Below are positions 1-12,414 of a stretch of 64,000 nucleotides of DNA, one piece after another. Each line of letters opens with the position of its first letter. Positions within the stretch are counted from its first letter, which is position 1. The translations under genes were made by a program, and so were the position numbers. This DNA is from Ptychomitrium polyphyllum (taxonomy: Eukaryota): assembly GCA_973851085.1 (NCBI GenBank), contig OZ316775.1:14508001-14572000 (forward strand). The letters run 5' to 3'. Below the pieces are notes generated by a model that was not told the DNA's origin, searched no databases, and saw nothing but the letters and a program-made list of their open reading frames with translations.

Positions 1-1560
1 ATCAAGACATTTTAGAATTTCAATTTACGACATTTTGGACCCTTGAAAACTAAAGATGGTAGTTTCACAAGTGTATAGTTTGTCTCAAAATAACAAATAT
101 GAACATTGTAGGTATACAAATAATTTCTTTGATGTAAAATTGGAATTGCTAGATTCTTGTTGTTGATACAAATTGCTTAGATTTGTGCTTTAAATGCGTC
201 AAATTCATTTTCAAATTTTTAAAGCAACTGATTACTGTACATTTGAAAAAACCACAATCCATTCTTGTTTATTTAGAGAATTTATTTAATTTGTTTAATT
301 GTATTTGTATACTTGCTAGTTTATTAGAAATAATTGTTAAATTGCTTACATGTAGTGTAGAGCTAATTTTATGTTTTGAAGTTCCAAAGCTATAACTTAT
401 TGATGGAAAAAGTTGTAAAGAAGAGAGTGAGTACTCTTAGAAGGTTTTAGATCCATCTGTATAGGATCAATTTTAATTAGATGAGTTGATTAAAGGTGGA
501 AGTAATTTAGAAAGAAATTACTTTTTAAAGAATCAGTAATGTGAAAGCTAAGATTGATAACTTCCCTTAAATTTAGGTGGTTTGATAATTAACAACAATT
601 AGGATTAAATTAGCAATAGAATTTATAATTAGATATAATTTAGTATATATATAAAAGAGCCATCTTGGAAATGGCATGTATTTTTGTTGGCTCTTTATGC
701 AAGTTTTTGAACTCTTTTTTGTACATTGTCTTTTTGCTAATACATTTTTTGTATCATCTTCAAGTTTTTATCTCTGGTGAATTGACTACAATTATAAATT
801 GGAATCTAAATTAGATTCAAGTGTATACCTTGAAGACTAATAAATGTACAATGGTGAAAACTACTATTTTGTATTATTATGTGTTGCCTAGTTGGTTACA
901 ATTTGATAGAATGACTAATTGGCAAGAAAATCTTCAAAGTAGTATTTTTTACACTTAACAATTTATATATATAAAAGAATTAAACTCATTTCGTTGATGG
1001 TGGTGATGAAGTGAATAATGATGGTAGAAGGTTCTAAAAAGATGATTCTTTTAGAAGAATCTATGATGTTCTTTAGACTAGAATTATAAGGTTCAAATAA
1101 AGACCAAGAGAATTGAGACTTAGCCTTACATCTAATTGTGTTTGGACCTCCCTTATATTCATCTTGCTTGTCTAATCTCATCTCTACTGTCTTGTATTTC
1201 AATTGATTATGGATACATTCATGTGAATTGTACATATTAGATATCTCAGTTTTAACTTAGTAGGAACAAAAACTTATAGATTGTAGAAGTGTGTGAAGGT
1301 CATTGATGCTTGACACATTTGTAGGAAGTTATGGAATGCAAATCCTTGTTATTGAAGCTTAAAGATGAGCATTGGTCGTTCTTAAAGTGTATTTGAAAAA
1401 AACATGACTTTTGTGAGTGTTTGATAGAATTTGTAAGTGAGTAGTTCTAGTATGAATTGATCTTTAAGCTTAAAGAGCTTATAATTGTGCAAGTGGAGTA
1501 AATATAACATTTCTTAGAATGTGTTAGTTGCTTAAGGAGTTTGGATTTGTTGTGGTTTAT

Positions 1561-2420
1561 TGTTGAAGGTGGATGCCCTTTAGAATCCAAGAGATATTGA
1601 AGTCTTCTTGAAAAGTCATCTAGAAAGGTTCTTAGAAGGTTTAGGAAGCTTCCAAGGAAGTTACCTAGGCTTAAGAAACTGCCAAAGAAGTTACCTCAGC
1701 TTAGGAAGCTTCCAAGGAAGTTACATGGGCTTAGAAAGCTACCAAGGAAGTTATCTCGGTTTATGAAGCTTCCAAAGAAGTTATCTAAGCTTAGGAAGCT
1801 TCCAAGGAAGCAATTTGAGGTTGCTTCAATACAAAGCAATATACTAGAAGCTTCTCAAGAAGCTTCTCAGGCTTCTTCTTTTAGTATATATAAGAGTCAA
1901 GGTTGAAGGAATCTTTAGTCTCAACAACGCATCTTTTGTGGTCTAGTTCATACCTTCTGGCCTTCTCTTTGTACTTTGTTATAGTTCTTTACTTCTAATA
2001 TACTTGGACATATCTTGTTTCACATTCTGGAATCCCGAAGCTTTGTCTTGTCATTACTCTATTTGTAACAAATATAGAACAATGATGGCTTATTAGGTGC
2101 TAACTTGAGCAATTTGGAATGTTGATTGGATAGATGCCATCAAAATAAGTAGCTACTTGTTTAATGGAGTGGAAAAAAGCATTGCATGTAAATATGGCAT
2201 CAAATAAAAAAAAAAGTATGAAGGACAAGTTTAATGGAGTTAACTTTTACCTTTGGAAGTTGAAAATGAACATGGTGTTGGTTTCCATGGACCTTTGGAA
2301 TATTATAGAGGGCACCAAGGATACCCTACCAAGTAATGCAATTGACAAAGCCAAAACAAATACCAGCTGTGTATAAAGAAGGCCATATCCATCAAAAGCA
2401 CCAATTTAAAGGATAAGCAA
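1561..2420 (+). mobile_element. Truncated Ty1/Copia 5' fragment: putative LTR (~1561-2070) plus gag N-terminus
   Basis: Starts TGTTGAAGG at 1561, has a TATA-like tagtatatataag near 1882 and a possible ...TAACA end at 2070. ORF 2164-2376 encodes KDKFNGVNFYLWKLKMNMVLVSMDLWNIIEG, the typical Copia gag N-terminal motif, and homology is lost near 2420. LTR limits are uncertain because there is no partner LTR. Confidence 0.6.
1638..1810 (+). repeat. 30-bp tandem repeat, ~6 copies (consensus GGCTTAGGAAGCTTCCAAGGAAGTTACCTA)
   Basis: Units start at 1638, 1668, 1698, 1728, 1758 and 1788 (last one partial). Read directly from the sequence, inside the putative LTR. Confidence 0.9.
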
Positions 2421-2721
2421 TCTATTAATATCTTATGTTCTTGCCCTTTGTTGACTTTCATCCAGTGATTGCAGGATCTAAAAATTTCTATCTAACACTA
2501 ATGATTATTAGAGAAAATGCGGCAATTACAATTAGCTACCATTTTATTAGAGTTCAAACAGAAGAAGATAGGATTGTGGAGATTCATTCTTGCGTTCATT
2601 TTATCATTTTTATTTTTGTATTTTTTCTTCATAATAGAGTGTTTTTACTACAATGGAGATAAGATTAAAAAAATTTAATTTAAAAGGAAAAAGATTCAAT
2701 TGCATAGAAGTTTTTTAATAT

Positions 2722-3098
2722 TAATGAAAAAATACAACAAAACTAGTACAATGAGCAAGAAGAGAGAGCAAGGTTGCAATAAGCAAAGTGTCGAGCAAGT
2801 TGACTCTTACTTTCAATACGATTTATTTATATAGTGGGAAGAATAATCAAGGGCGGCCAAGCCTTAGCCACCACCCTAGCTGCTGCCCTAACCCTAAACG
2901 CCAACCTAATCTTAGCTATCGCCCAAATTCCTAGCCAACCACACCAAATCCTAGTTGCGTTTTTATTCATCCTAGCCTCCATAACTTCTATAGCCACTTC
3001 TTTAACATTCTTTTGACCATTGACAACTTATTAAGGTCAAGTACCATATAATGAAAATATCAACTAGACTTACTTTGTATGTTTCACTTTTTTCAATA
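2722..3098 (-). repeat. 3' LTR of the Copia element
   Basis: Aligns to 7561-7899 (7 mismatches in the first 60 nt). Next to the PPT on the internal side and the TSD on the outer side. Confidence 0.9.
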
Positions 3099-6000
3099 TT
3101 CCCACTTTGCTATTGGTCAAACGACCTTCAATCCAATTGACCTTATCAATGACTGGTGTCTATCCTTTACCAATGTTTTTGTAAACAAATTAGCAAGCAT
3201 GGCCTCTATTGCATAATATCTCATATCTATTACTCCATCTTCAATCTTCTATCTTATGAAGTGATGTTGATGTCAATGTGCTTGGTTTGTGATTGATATT
3301 TGAGATTCTCGGCAAAGGCAAGATATCCTTGATTGTCACACATGATGGGCGTTGCACTCACTTGTACAAGTCTAATGACCTCTAAGAGCGCATTAATCAC
3401 ATTGCCTCCATTGCACCATAACTCGCTACCATGTATTCCGCCTCTATAATTGACCTAGCAATTGTGGGTTGCCTCTTGCAATTCCAAGAGATGACTTCCA
3501 TTCCAACAATAACACATAGCCCATTGTAAAGCGCCTATCATTGGCATTTCCAGTCCAATCCGCATCATAAATCCTTTGCAACTGAATGTTATCACGTCCC
3601 AAGCACAATACAAATTCCATAATGCCCTTCAAATATTTCATGATTCTCTTGATGGTTTTCTAATGCATAGGGCCGGCCTTTGACATGTGTTAGCTCACAA
3701 CACTCATTGCAAATGCAAGAGCAAATCTTGTGCCCACCATAACATACATCAAAGATCCCACTTCTGCCTTATATGGAACGCTTAGCATTTTGCCCTCTAC
3801 TTAGGCAAACTCCTCATCGCTTAGCTTCATCACTCTTAAGGTGGCTTCTAAGAACATTTCCACTAGCTTGCACGCTTCCATGTTAAATCATTTCAATATC
3901 TTTTCAACGTATTTCTTTTGGCTCATGGTGATGGTCCTCTTTGCATGAACCCTTACAAATTCCACTCCAAGGCAATAGTGTAGCTCGCCCAAATCACTCA
4001 TTTCAAACTCTTGCTTTAGCTTTGGCCTTCAATCACTCTAACTTCTCTAAGAGGTTGGCCAATATGATCAAGTCATCCACATATAAAATCACAATCAATA
4101 AGAACTCCATGGTTTGCATCACATACAAGGAATGATCCGCCTTGTTCCTTCCTAAATCCTTCCTTCCAAAAGAATGCATTGATGCATTGGTACCATGTCT
4201 TTGGTGGTTGCTTAAGCCTATTATAAGGCCTTTTTCAACCTGCAAACAAAGTACTTTAAGCCTTCATGCACAAATCCTGCAGATTTACATTCATCTGGTG
4301 GATTTCCAAGTCTGTTGTCGCCACTATGGCCAAGATGGTTCTAATGGTGGTGAAATTGGCCACAGACGCAAATGTCTCATTGAGGTCCACACCAATAACT
4401 TGTAAGTATCTTTTGGCAACTAGTCTTGCCTTATGCCTCATAATTGCATCCAAAGCATCCTTCTTGGTCCTAAATACCCACTTGCAACCTATGCAAGATC
4501 AGTTTGGAGAAAGGTGAGTCAAATTACATGTACTATTGTTCATGAATGACTTATATTCTTTTTTTATGGCCTTCTTCTACTTCATGGCATTTGTGGACTT
4601 CAAAGCAACGCACATAGTTAAAGAATCAACAAGGAGGGCAACATTGGCATGTTCTGCATTCACTTGGAGAAAAATGTGATTCTTCCACCATTCACCAAGT
4701 GGCCTCTTTTCTCTTATAGAGTACCTCCTACCAATTGTTGCAAACTTCTCCTCTTATAATACATCAATTTCCCGCTCATTTGCAGATTGTTCCTTCTCGC
4801 TTAGAGGAACATGCTCACCTTCATCTTATAAGGCTCCTCTACTAGTCTTAAGGGTGAAGGTCGCTTTCTTCGTCCCCTCCCTTGGTCCTTCAGTTCCATC
4901 CACAATTCCAACTTCTTCCTTTGCTAAAGTGATAGATGTCTCCAGAATTACACTACTACTCCCACTTGGACACATCTCCAAGTGTTCACAAGCACTCTTG
5001 TATTCCAAAAACTCAACATCACAATTCTTAATGATCTTCTTGCTCTCCACATACATCAACCTATACGCCTTACTACTCTTACAATAACCAATGAATAACC
5101 AATGAATATACACTTTGTACCCTTTGCATCAAGCTTAGATCTCATATAATTTGGAATCTTTGCATATGCAAGGCATCCAAAGGTCTTCATGTATGAAGCA
5201 CAAGGCTTCTTACCACTCCAAGCTTCAAAACTGGTCATGGATGCAAAGGCACTTGTAAGGAACTTATTTCTTGTATACACCACAATCACCATGGCTTCCA
5301 CCTACAACTCATGCCCAAGATGATGAGTATGAAGCATGCTCTTGGTCATCTCCACAATAGTGCAATTTGCCTTCTTAGCAACTCCATTTTGTTGTGGATT
5401 GTATAAAGTGGAGGTTTGCCTTGCAATGCCTTCATTCCTCAAGAAATCATCAAAGTGCTTGGAAAGGAACTCACCACCATTATCCAAGCATAATATATTG
5501 ATCTTGGACTCCCATTGCTTCTCACAAGTACTTTGAATTCTTTGAACCTTGCAAAGCACTCATTCTTGGCCTTGAGGGTGAACACCCACACTTTCTTCAA
5601 AAAATCATCATTGAAGGTGACAAAATACCTTGCACCTCTTATAGATGGGGTCCTCTTAGGCCCGCATACTTTTGAATGTACAATCTCCAATAATGTGCTT
5701 GTACGAGTTGCCACTCCATTTGGAAATGAAGCCCTTTGTTATTTGCCTTAGATGCAACCCTTGCAAGCAAGTTCCTTGGACTTGTGGCATGTTGTACCAA
5801 GATCCAAACCACTTACCATGCCTTGGAGTTCCTTCATAGCTTTCACATTCAAGTACCCAAGGCAGCAATGGCAAATGCCAAATTTGTCTTCATCTTGAGT
5901 GAATTCAACAAAGGCCACCAATTCCACTCCATTCACCTTCTTGCACTTGATGAAGTACAAGTTTCCACTTCTCAAGCCTGTAGCAACAACATCCCCGCCC

Positions 6001-7560
6001 AATGACTCCACAACACATCCATTCACATTGAAAGGAGCCACAAATCCTTCCATCACAAGTTTGTTCACCAAGAGGAGGTTGGGCTTCATCTTTGGCACAT
6101 GGAACACATCCTTGAAGTTGATCCTCTTGGTGTTGCCTACTACAACAACTTCCACCACAATGGACCCCATTCCAATAGCCTCTACCACGCCATTGTCATC
6201 TTTGAGCATATTAGTGGCTGGAATGGCTTCATAAGTGTGAAATGAACACTTTTAAGGCATCATGTGCTTAAGGCGCTTGAATCAGTTATCTACTTGGATA
6301 GGACAGCCATGGGCGGCCCTTCTTTTGTCATGAAGGCACAATCACCACCTCCAAGGTGGTTCATTACATAGTTGGCATCCTCCTTCTCATCTTTCTTGGC
6401 CTTGTAGCAATTTCAAACAAAGTGACCTAGTTTTCTACAAACAAAGCAAGTTCTAAGGTTTGGGCGTTGATTAGAGTAGGTGGGCTTGCCTTGCCTTGAG
6501 AAGAGAGCCAATTCTTCACTTGAAGCTCCTTTTTCCTTCTTCTTGGTGTCCTTGTGGCTCAATCTCGCCGTCACATAATCCATAGAGAGGTCATTGATGG
6601 GAATGGATTCGAGGACTACTACAAGATAGCTCTAGGACTTTAGTAAGCTCATTAGCAATGTAGTCACAACATCCCAATCCTCCAATGGCTTCTCCACAAT
6701 GGCAAGTTGCCTTACAAGGACCTTCAACAAGTTGCCTTTGACATACTCCATGAGGTCATGCCCTTCTTCCATCTTGCAGTTCAAGAAGTTTTTCCTTGTA
6801 AAGATGATATTAGAAGAGTGTTTGCTCTCATAGATGTTGCAAAGAGTCTTCCATGCTTCTGCTGGTTCTTTGCAAGAGATGATATGGGCAAAAGTAGCAT
6901 TGTCAAGGTTTTTGGCAAGGATGCCAAAAGCCTTCTTCTCACAACGTTGAAACTCCTTTCTTTCCTTTGCATCCGCCTACAATTGTGGAGCAACCTCACT
7001 CTTGTCTATAATGTCCCAAAGGTCCAAAGAAGCCAATAAGAGCTCCATTCTAACCTCCCATTGGTAGAGGTTCTCACCATGAAACTTTTGAATGAACACA
7101 AACCTTCACCTCCACTTGAAGCCATCTCTAAACAATGAGTGTACTTCCAAACACACTCTTGTTCAATTCTTATGCTTTTCACAAGTCTTTACAACTTTGA
7201 ATGAAAAGACAAGCCTCTCAGCTCACCAACTCCACTCAATAAGCACTCTTTTCAATGAGAGGACAAGACCACAATACCAAACAAAAGAAACTATTGTTAG
7301 AGAGCTTGAATCCAACAAGGACACTATGAAGGCCTTATCATCACTCAAAAAAGCTCACTATACATGGAGTTTCAAAAACCGCAATTCTAAACAACCTCAA
7401 AAAACATCCAAACAAGCACTTACATGTGCCAAAACTCAAAGTTAGGCGATTCTAACTCTATCAACAACTACCAAGTGATCTTGCTTTAGACAAGAATAAT
7501 AACTACAAACACTTCAAGTTACTTCAATAAATACAACTAAGTGTAAGTGGATACATTATC

Positions 7561-7899
7561 TATTGAAAAAATGCAACAAAGCTAGTACAGTGAGCAAGAA
7601 GAGAGAGGAAAGTTGCAACAAAAGAAGTGTGGAGCAAGATGACTCTTACTTCCAACATGGTTTACTTATATAGTGGGAAGAACACTCAAAGGTGGCCAAG
7701 CCCTAACTGCCACCTTAGCCGCCACCCTAACCCTAGCCACCACACTAAATCCTAATTGTTTTTTTCTTAATTTTAGCCTGCATATTCCTTATGGCCTCTT
7801 CCTTATCATTCCTTTGATCATTAGCAACTTACTAAAGTCAAATACCATACAATGAAAACATCAAGTAGAATTACTTTATATATTTCATTATTTTCAACA
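7561..7899 (-). repeat. 5' LTR of the Copia element
   Basis: Begins TGTTGAAAA on the minus strand, is homologous to 2722-3098 (about 38 bp shorter) and is flanked by the TSD AATAT at 7900-7904. Confidence 0.9.
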
Positions 7900-10800
7900 A
7901 ATATATTACATTTTTCATCTACCTTGTTGTACGTGTGGAGTTATTGTTTGTTATTATTTATCTACAAATCGAAGTGGAGGACCTAATAAGGGGTTGGAGA
8001 AGTTTTGGAACTATAGAAGTGACAACAACAAGCCTAACTTTAAAATAGTTTGGTAGGTAAAATTTTCTTTTATCTCCATTTTATATAAGCCTAATAAAAA
8101 GATGAAAAGTGAAGTTGTTGATATTTGGTGTATCTAAAACTATAAATTTGGATAATAGATAAATAATTATTTCTTATAAGTATTTTTTATGGTTTTTTAT
8201 GATAGTATTGTAATTAAAAGAAACATGAGAAGGATGCTATTATTGTTTTTTTTATATTAAAATATACAACTTATTGATGATTTATTCATGGCAATTTTGT
8301 AATTTTTAACTCTGAGCCTGTGCGCTCTTTATAATAGTTATATAGACCATATTGAGAGTTAGCTTTTAATCACTGAATATAGTCGTCATAAGATATAGAA
8401 ATTCTTACAATGTCTTGCCTATAGAAAACAAACTCAAATTTTAGAAAATTTTGATGATATCAATCATATTGAAAGTAGATGATTGACTTAATTTTTAAAA
8501 ATTGTCATCACTTTGTTGTAGTGTTATGTAAGTTGGTTGCATGTAAGTTGAAGAGTTAATGATATTTTTTTTTCTTGGTGGACTTCTTTGTAGTGCATTT
8601 AGTACAATAATGAAACAAAACTTGCTTAGAGGGGCTTGGACATAGGTGCATAATCTTATAATCTTATAGGCAATGTGATTGTTGAAGGGAGGCCTTGCAA
8701 AAAAGTGGATGTTGTTTTTTGAAAAAATATATACTGTTGATTATTTCTGTGGACATAAAAAATTTCTTTTGCTGTATTTCCAATCTTTTCACAAATCATA
8801 TTGATGTTGCAAATGACAATATTGGATATATTTATATTATTGATGGTAGCCAAATAAAATTTAAATTTTTTTTGAATGTTTCAAATATTGAGGGGCAAAT
8901 TTTAATTCCAAATAATAGGTGAAATTTGAGCTTAGATTGTATCAAGTGAAGTGATTAAATTAAAGATCTCAAATGAATCAAATTTAGGATCTAAAGAAGT
9001 CGTTCTTTTATAACAAGATGATCAATTTGGTTTTTTGAAAATTGACATCATTTTATAATACTATTTGCTCATATGTTTTGTTAGCATTTGAAATAACAAT
9101 ACTATGGCACAATCCAATAAACATATGTATTGAGAAAAATTAGGTATGATAGTTCATTGATAATGATATAAAGTTTGATATTATTTTTAGCAAATAACAT
9201 AATATAATAAAATTATGGATGAGGGTAAATTTGAGGGAAGTGTGCGGAGGTGATGTTATCATTTGCTTAATTGTTGTATGGATGTTAATAGTCTTGAAAT
9301 GGCAAAAGCATGAATGTGCATATATAAAGCTGATAGAGGTTGCTATTTAATAAGCACATGGATTTAAATTCAATTTATACTTGTTTTCTAAAATGTAGCC
9401 TATTCTACATCTATTGTTCTAAAGTTTGTTATTAGCATTCAACTTTTATATAAACTTATTTGTTACCTATGAGATATAACCTAGCATGTAACCTAATTAT
9501 TAATACAGTCTAATATAACTATTATGACACTTGAATATAAAACAACCTTGATTTAACAACTCATCTTTATGCAACCAATTTACTTAGTTTAAAACTCCCC
9601 CTATGATATGGCTATAACAAATTGTAATACAACAATTAAAATCCTCCATTTGTCATATGATAGAAGTAATTAATGCTTGGTATAGATGAATTTCATTAAA
9701 AATTTATTATCTATTGATTTATGGATATAGGTATTTATAAGTTTCAATTGATACATGAGTAGCAATACAAACCCTAATTCATCCATTTTACAATCTTTAC
9801 ACTGCCTTGTTGCACACATTCTCACATTTTTTTAAAACTAAGTGCTTTAAGTACATAAAGATTGGAAAGAATATAAGCAATTTTCATTTTCATCAACAAT
9901 TAAATCTTGTTACAAAATCTAACCACACATTGTGCTTCATCTAGAAGCATCAATCTAAATAGTCTCATAATTTTAAAAATTTTAAAATAAATAAATAAAT
10001 CTTTAAAGATTTTTTAACAAAAAAAAGACTAATTCCAAGTGATAATGGTATCTAAAATCATATAATTTTTAATTACCTCGGTGAATATGGTTTGTACTTG
10101 GAGATATTTGCTTCTTCAATTAATAATGGATGATATATAATAATGAATAATAGCTCATATAGAATGGAATTTTTATTTGTCATTTGAATGAATGTTAATC
10201 TCACATTATCCTTTTATATTCCATAAATATTTTGGCACTATACCAAAACAATACTTATAAATTTTTTATTACAATTTTTTATACAATATATTAATTACAA
10301 CATTTATATTGTCATATTTTGGTATAATTTTTAGGTGCTTTTTGACATTTTTATAACACACTCTATGTTTAATTCCAAAAATGGATTGCAAATACAAAAT
10401 CATTATTTAAAATTCCAAAAAATCTATTTTTTCTATAAACATCAATTTGTGCATTTAAAAAGAAAATCCAATCATATGAAGATTATAAATGTATCAAATA
10501 TGTATATATGGCTTTAAGATCTTTTTTTTTTTTTTGTAAAAATTACACAAATCAAAGTTTAAAGGAAAATTGCAATTAAATACTTTTTGGTTGTCAATTC
10601 AACTGTATATACATATTATAAAGAAATAATTTAGTTCTTTTATCATCTTTTGGAAACAAAATCCTCAAAATATATAACTTTTTTATCTTTTAAAACATAA
10701 AAGTAATTCCAAGATAACTTCATGGTTTCTATATAATAAGAATATCCTTAAATAGCAAGCCTTCTACATCTTAGTGGTTTTGCTATCCACTTGTATTTGC

Positions 10801-12414
10801 ATTAAGCTTTGTTGAAAAAAGTATTGATGAAATTCCAACAAGAAAATTATAACTTAAATAAAAATGCCAATCAAACATCCCCTCAAGAATCACATGTCAC
10901 TATGGACTCATCTATTTTGGTGGTTTTTGACCTTTTATCATAATGCTTTTGAACTTTCATAATCAATTCAAACTTTATTAAAGCACCCATATTCTTGATT
11001 GCATTAAACTTCAGTTCTAGCTAATTCGAATTTTATCAAGAAAAAATATTTTCTTAGTTGCACTAGAATTTAAATCTTATGCACACCAAATATTTTGTGA
11101 AAAATTATAAAATGTTTGCAAAAGGGGGCATTCCTTAATGCGGTGGTAATGGGAGGTTCCACATCCCAATCTGTGGCGAAACGTTCCAATACAGTCGTTG
11201 CTGTCAGTTGTGCACAGATTTCTGCACCTATTCAACCTTGTGTCAGTGTCAGTGCCCCGTTTTGAGGCTAACGGTCTCAACAAGACCTGACGACCGTGGA
11301 AAAGCGTATAGTGCCCTGGAACAAAAAACTTACGCATTTTTGACTAAATGGGAGAAACCACTGTTGTTGACAATAAATTGCAACATCAGAGATACTTAGC
11401 AGTTAATACTGGGATCGTGCTATACAGTAACTTCCTGTTGGGAATAGACAACCGTACATACTTGCTCTCTTGTATCATTCTATTTTGCTGCTGTTAACAA
11501 CTCAGAATTCTAATGTAAACACCCATGTTCCAAAACTTCAATTTTTGTTGATACCTTCCATGTCTCCAAATGCTAAATTGCTGATGTGGAAATATTACAT
11601 CAGAGAGCTCTAACTAGCACAGCTCCCAACTATTCCATCTCTGACTAGTTTACAAAAATCCGACTACAAATCGACTAAACAGTTGTAGAGCTACAACCGT
11701 GAGTATTATCATAGCAGAAACAAGCCACGAGAGACTGAGTCGCCATGTACACACGAATTGTAATCTCCGTGTACCATAACTGATTGGGTAGTGCAACACA
11801 GAACGTCTTCCAGCAAAGTTAGTGCTGTGCACACCCTCCAATTCACATGCACCCAGTTTCTCAAATGAATCAAGGAAAACCAGGATAGTGGGAGTTCACC
11901 CAAAAAATCTCTTCTGCTGCCTGCAGACATCCCACTTCGAAGACATCGGGGTTCGGTTTCCAAGTGTTGCGTTGACCAGATCCTGTATGAGTCCAGAACT
12001 CACGCTTAAAGTTTTCTGACACGCACACTGAAATATTGTAATACCTGAATACTTGGTGAATCTCTACAAAAGTATGCAAGGCTTTCGGAGTCTACAGCTG
12101 TACAACGAAGCACGAGACTTCGGTCATCTCAGATAATGAATGACCGCACTATCTCCACGCATCTTACTTCGTCTCTATTCTCTTCCTTGGTCTACGCATT
12201 TCTGTTGCTCTTAAAAGCTTAACACGACCTACCAGGCATTTCTTGTGTTTGCACATACACGTAATGGAACGTCATTGTATCAACTTCAGCCGTTGGCAGC
12301 AACTTGACTAGGTTTCAATTGGCATTTTGGGAAAACGCACCACGAAAAGCATTCAGTGCAAGCACCTGGAATCCCTTAAACTTGGCAATGCGTGTCTAAG
12401 GGTGAAAGCCATGA

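Larger units (their letters stand above)
2722..7899 (-). mobile_element. Full-length, decayed Ty1/Copia LTR retrotransposon
   Basis: Two homologous LTRs at 2722-3098 and 7561-7899, with a 5-bp TSD AATAT at 2717-2721 and 7900-7904. PPT-like GCAAAGTGGGAA (minus) abuts the 3' LTR. Minus-strand domain order: gag (QKFHGENLYQWEVRMELLLASLDLWDII ~7090), zinc knuckle CFVCRKLGHFV*NC (~6450-6405), protease-like DSSA (~6280), GAG-pre-integrase and integrase (LEIVHSKVCGP, DNGGEF, PQQNGVA; 5870-5300), RT (ARLVAK, ILYVDDLII; 4560-3700), RNase H (DADWTG; 3570-3170). Many stops and frameshifts. Confidence 0.95.

Noticed and set aside
1..1560. Degenerate retroelement coding sequence (e.g. YSLSQN near 75)
   Set aside because: Only scattered weak motif echoes. 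I could not assign a domain or family.
1638..1810. 30-bp repeats (and the 33-bp repeats at 24303-24401) as a CRISPR array
   Set aside because: The units are head-to-tail with no unique spacers, there are no cas genes, and the context is eukaryotic.
8300..8860. Helitron/Pif1 helicase remnant on the minus strand (QGLPSTITL, IGKTL)
   Set aside because: The motifs are too short and the intervening sequence does not translate into helicase-like residues.
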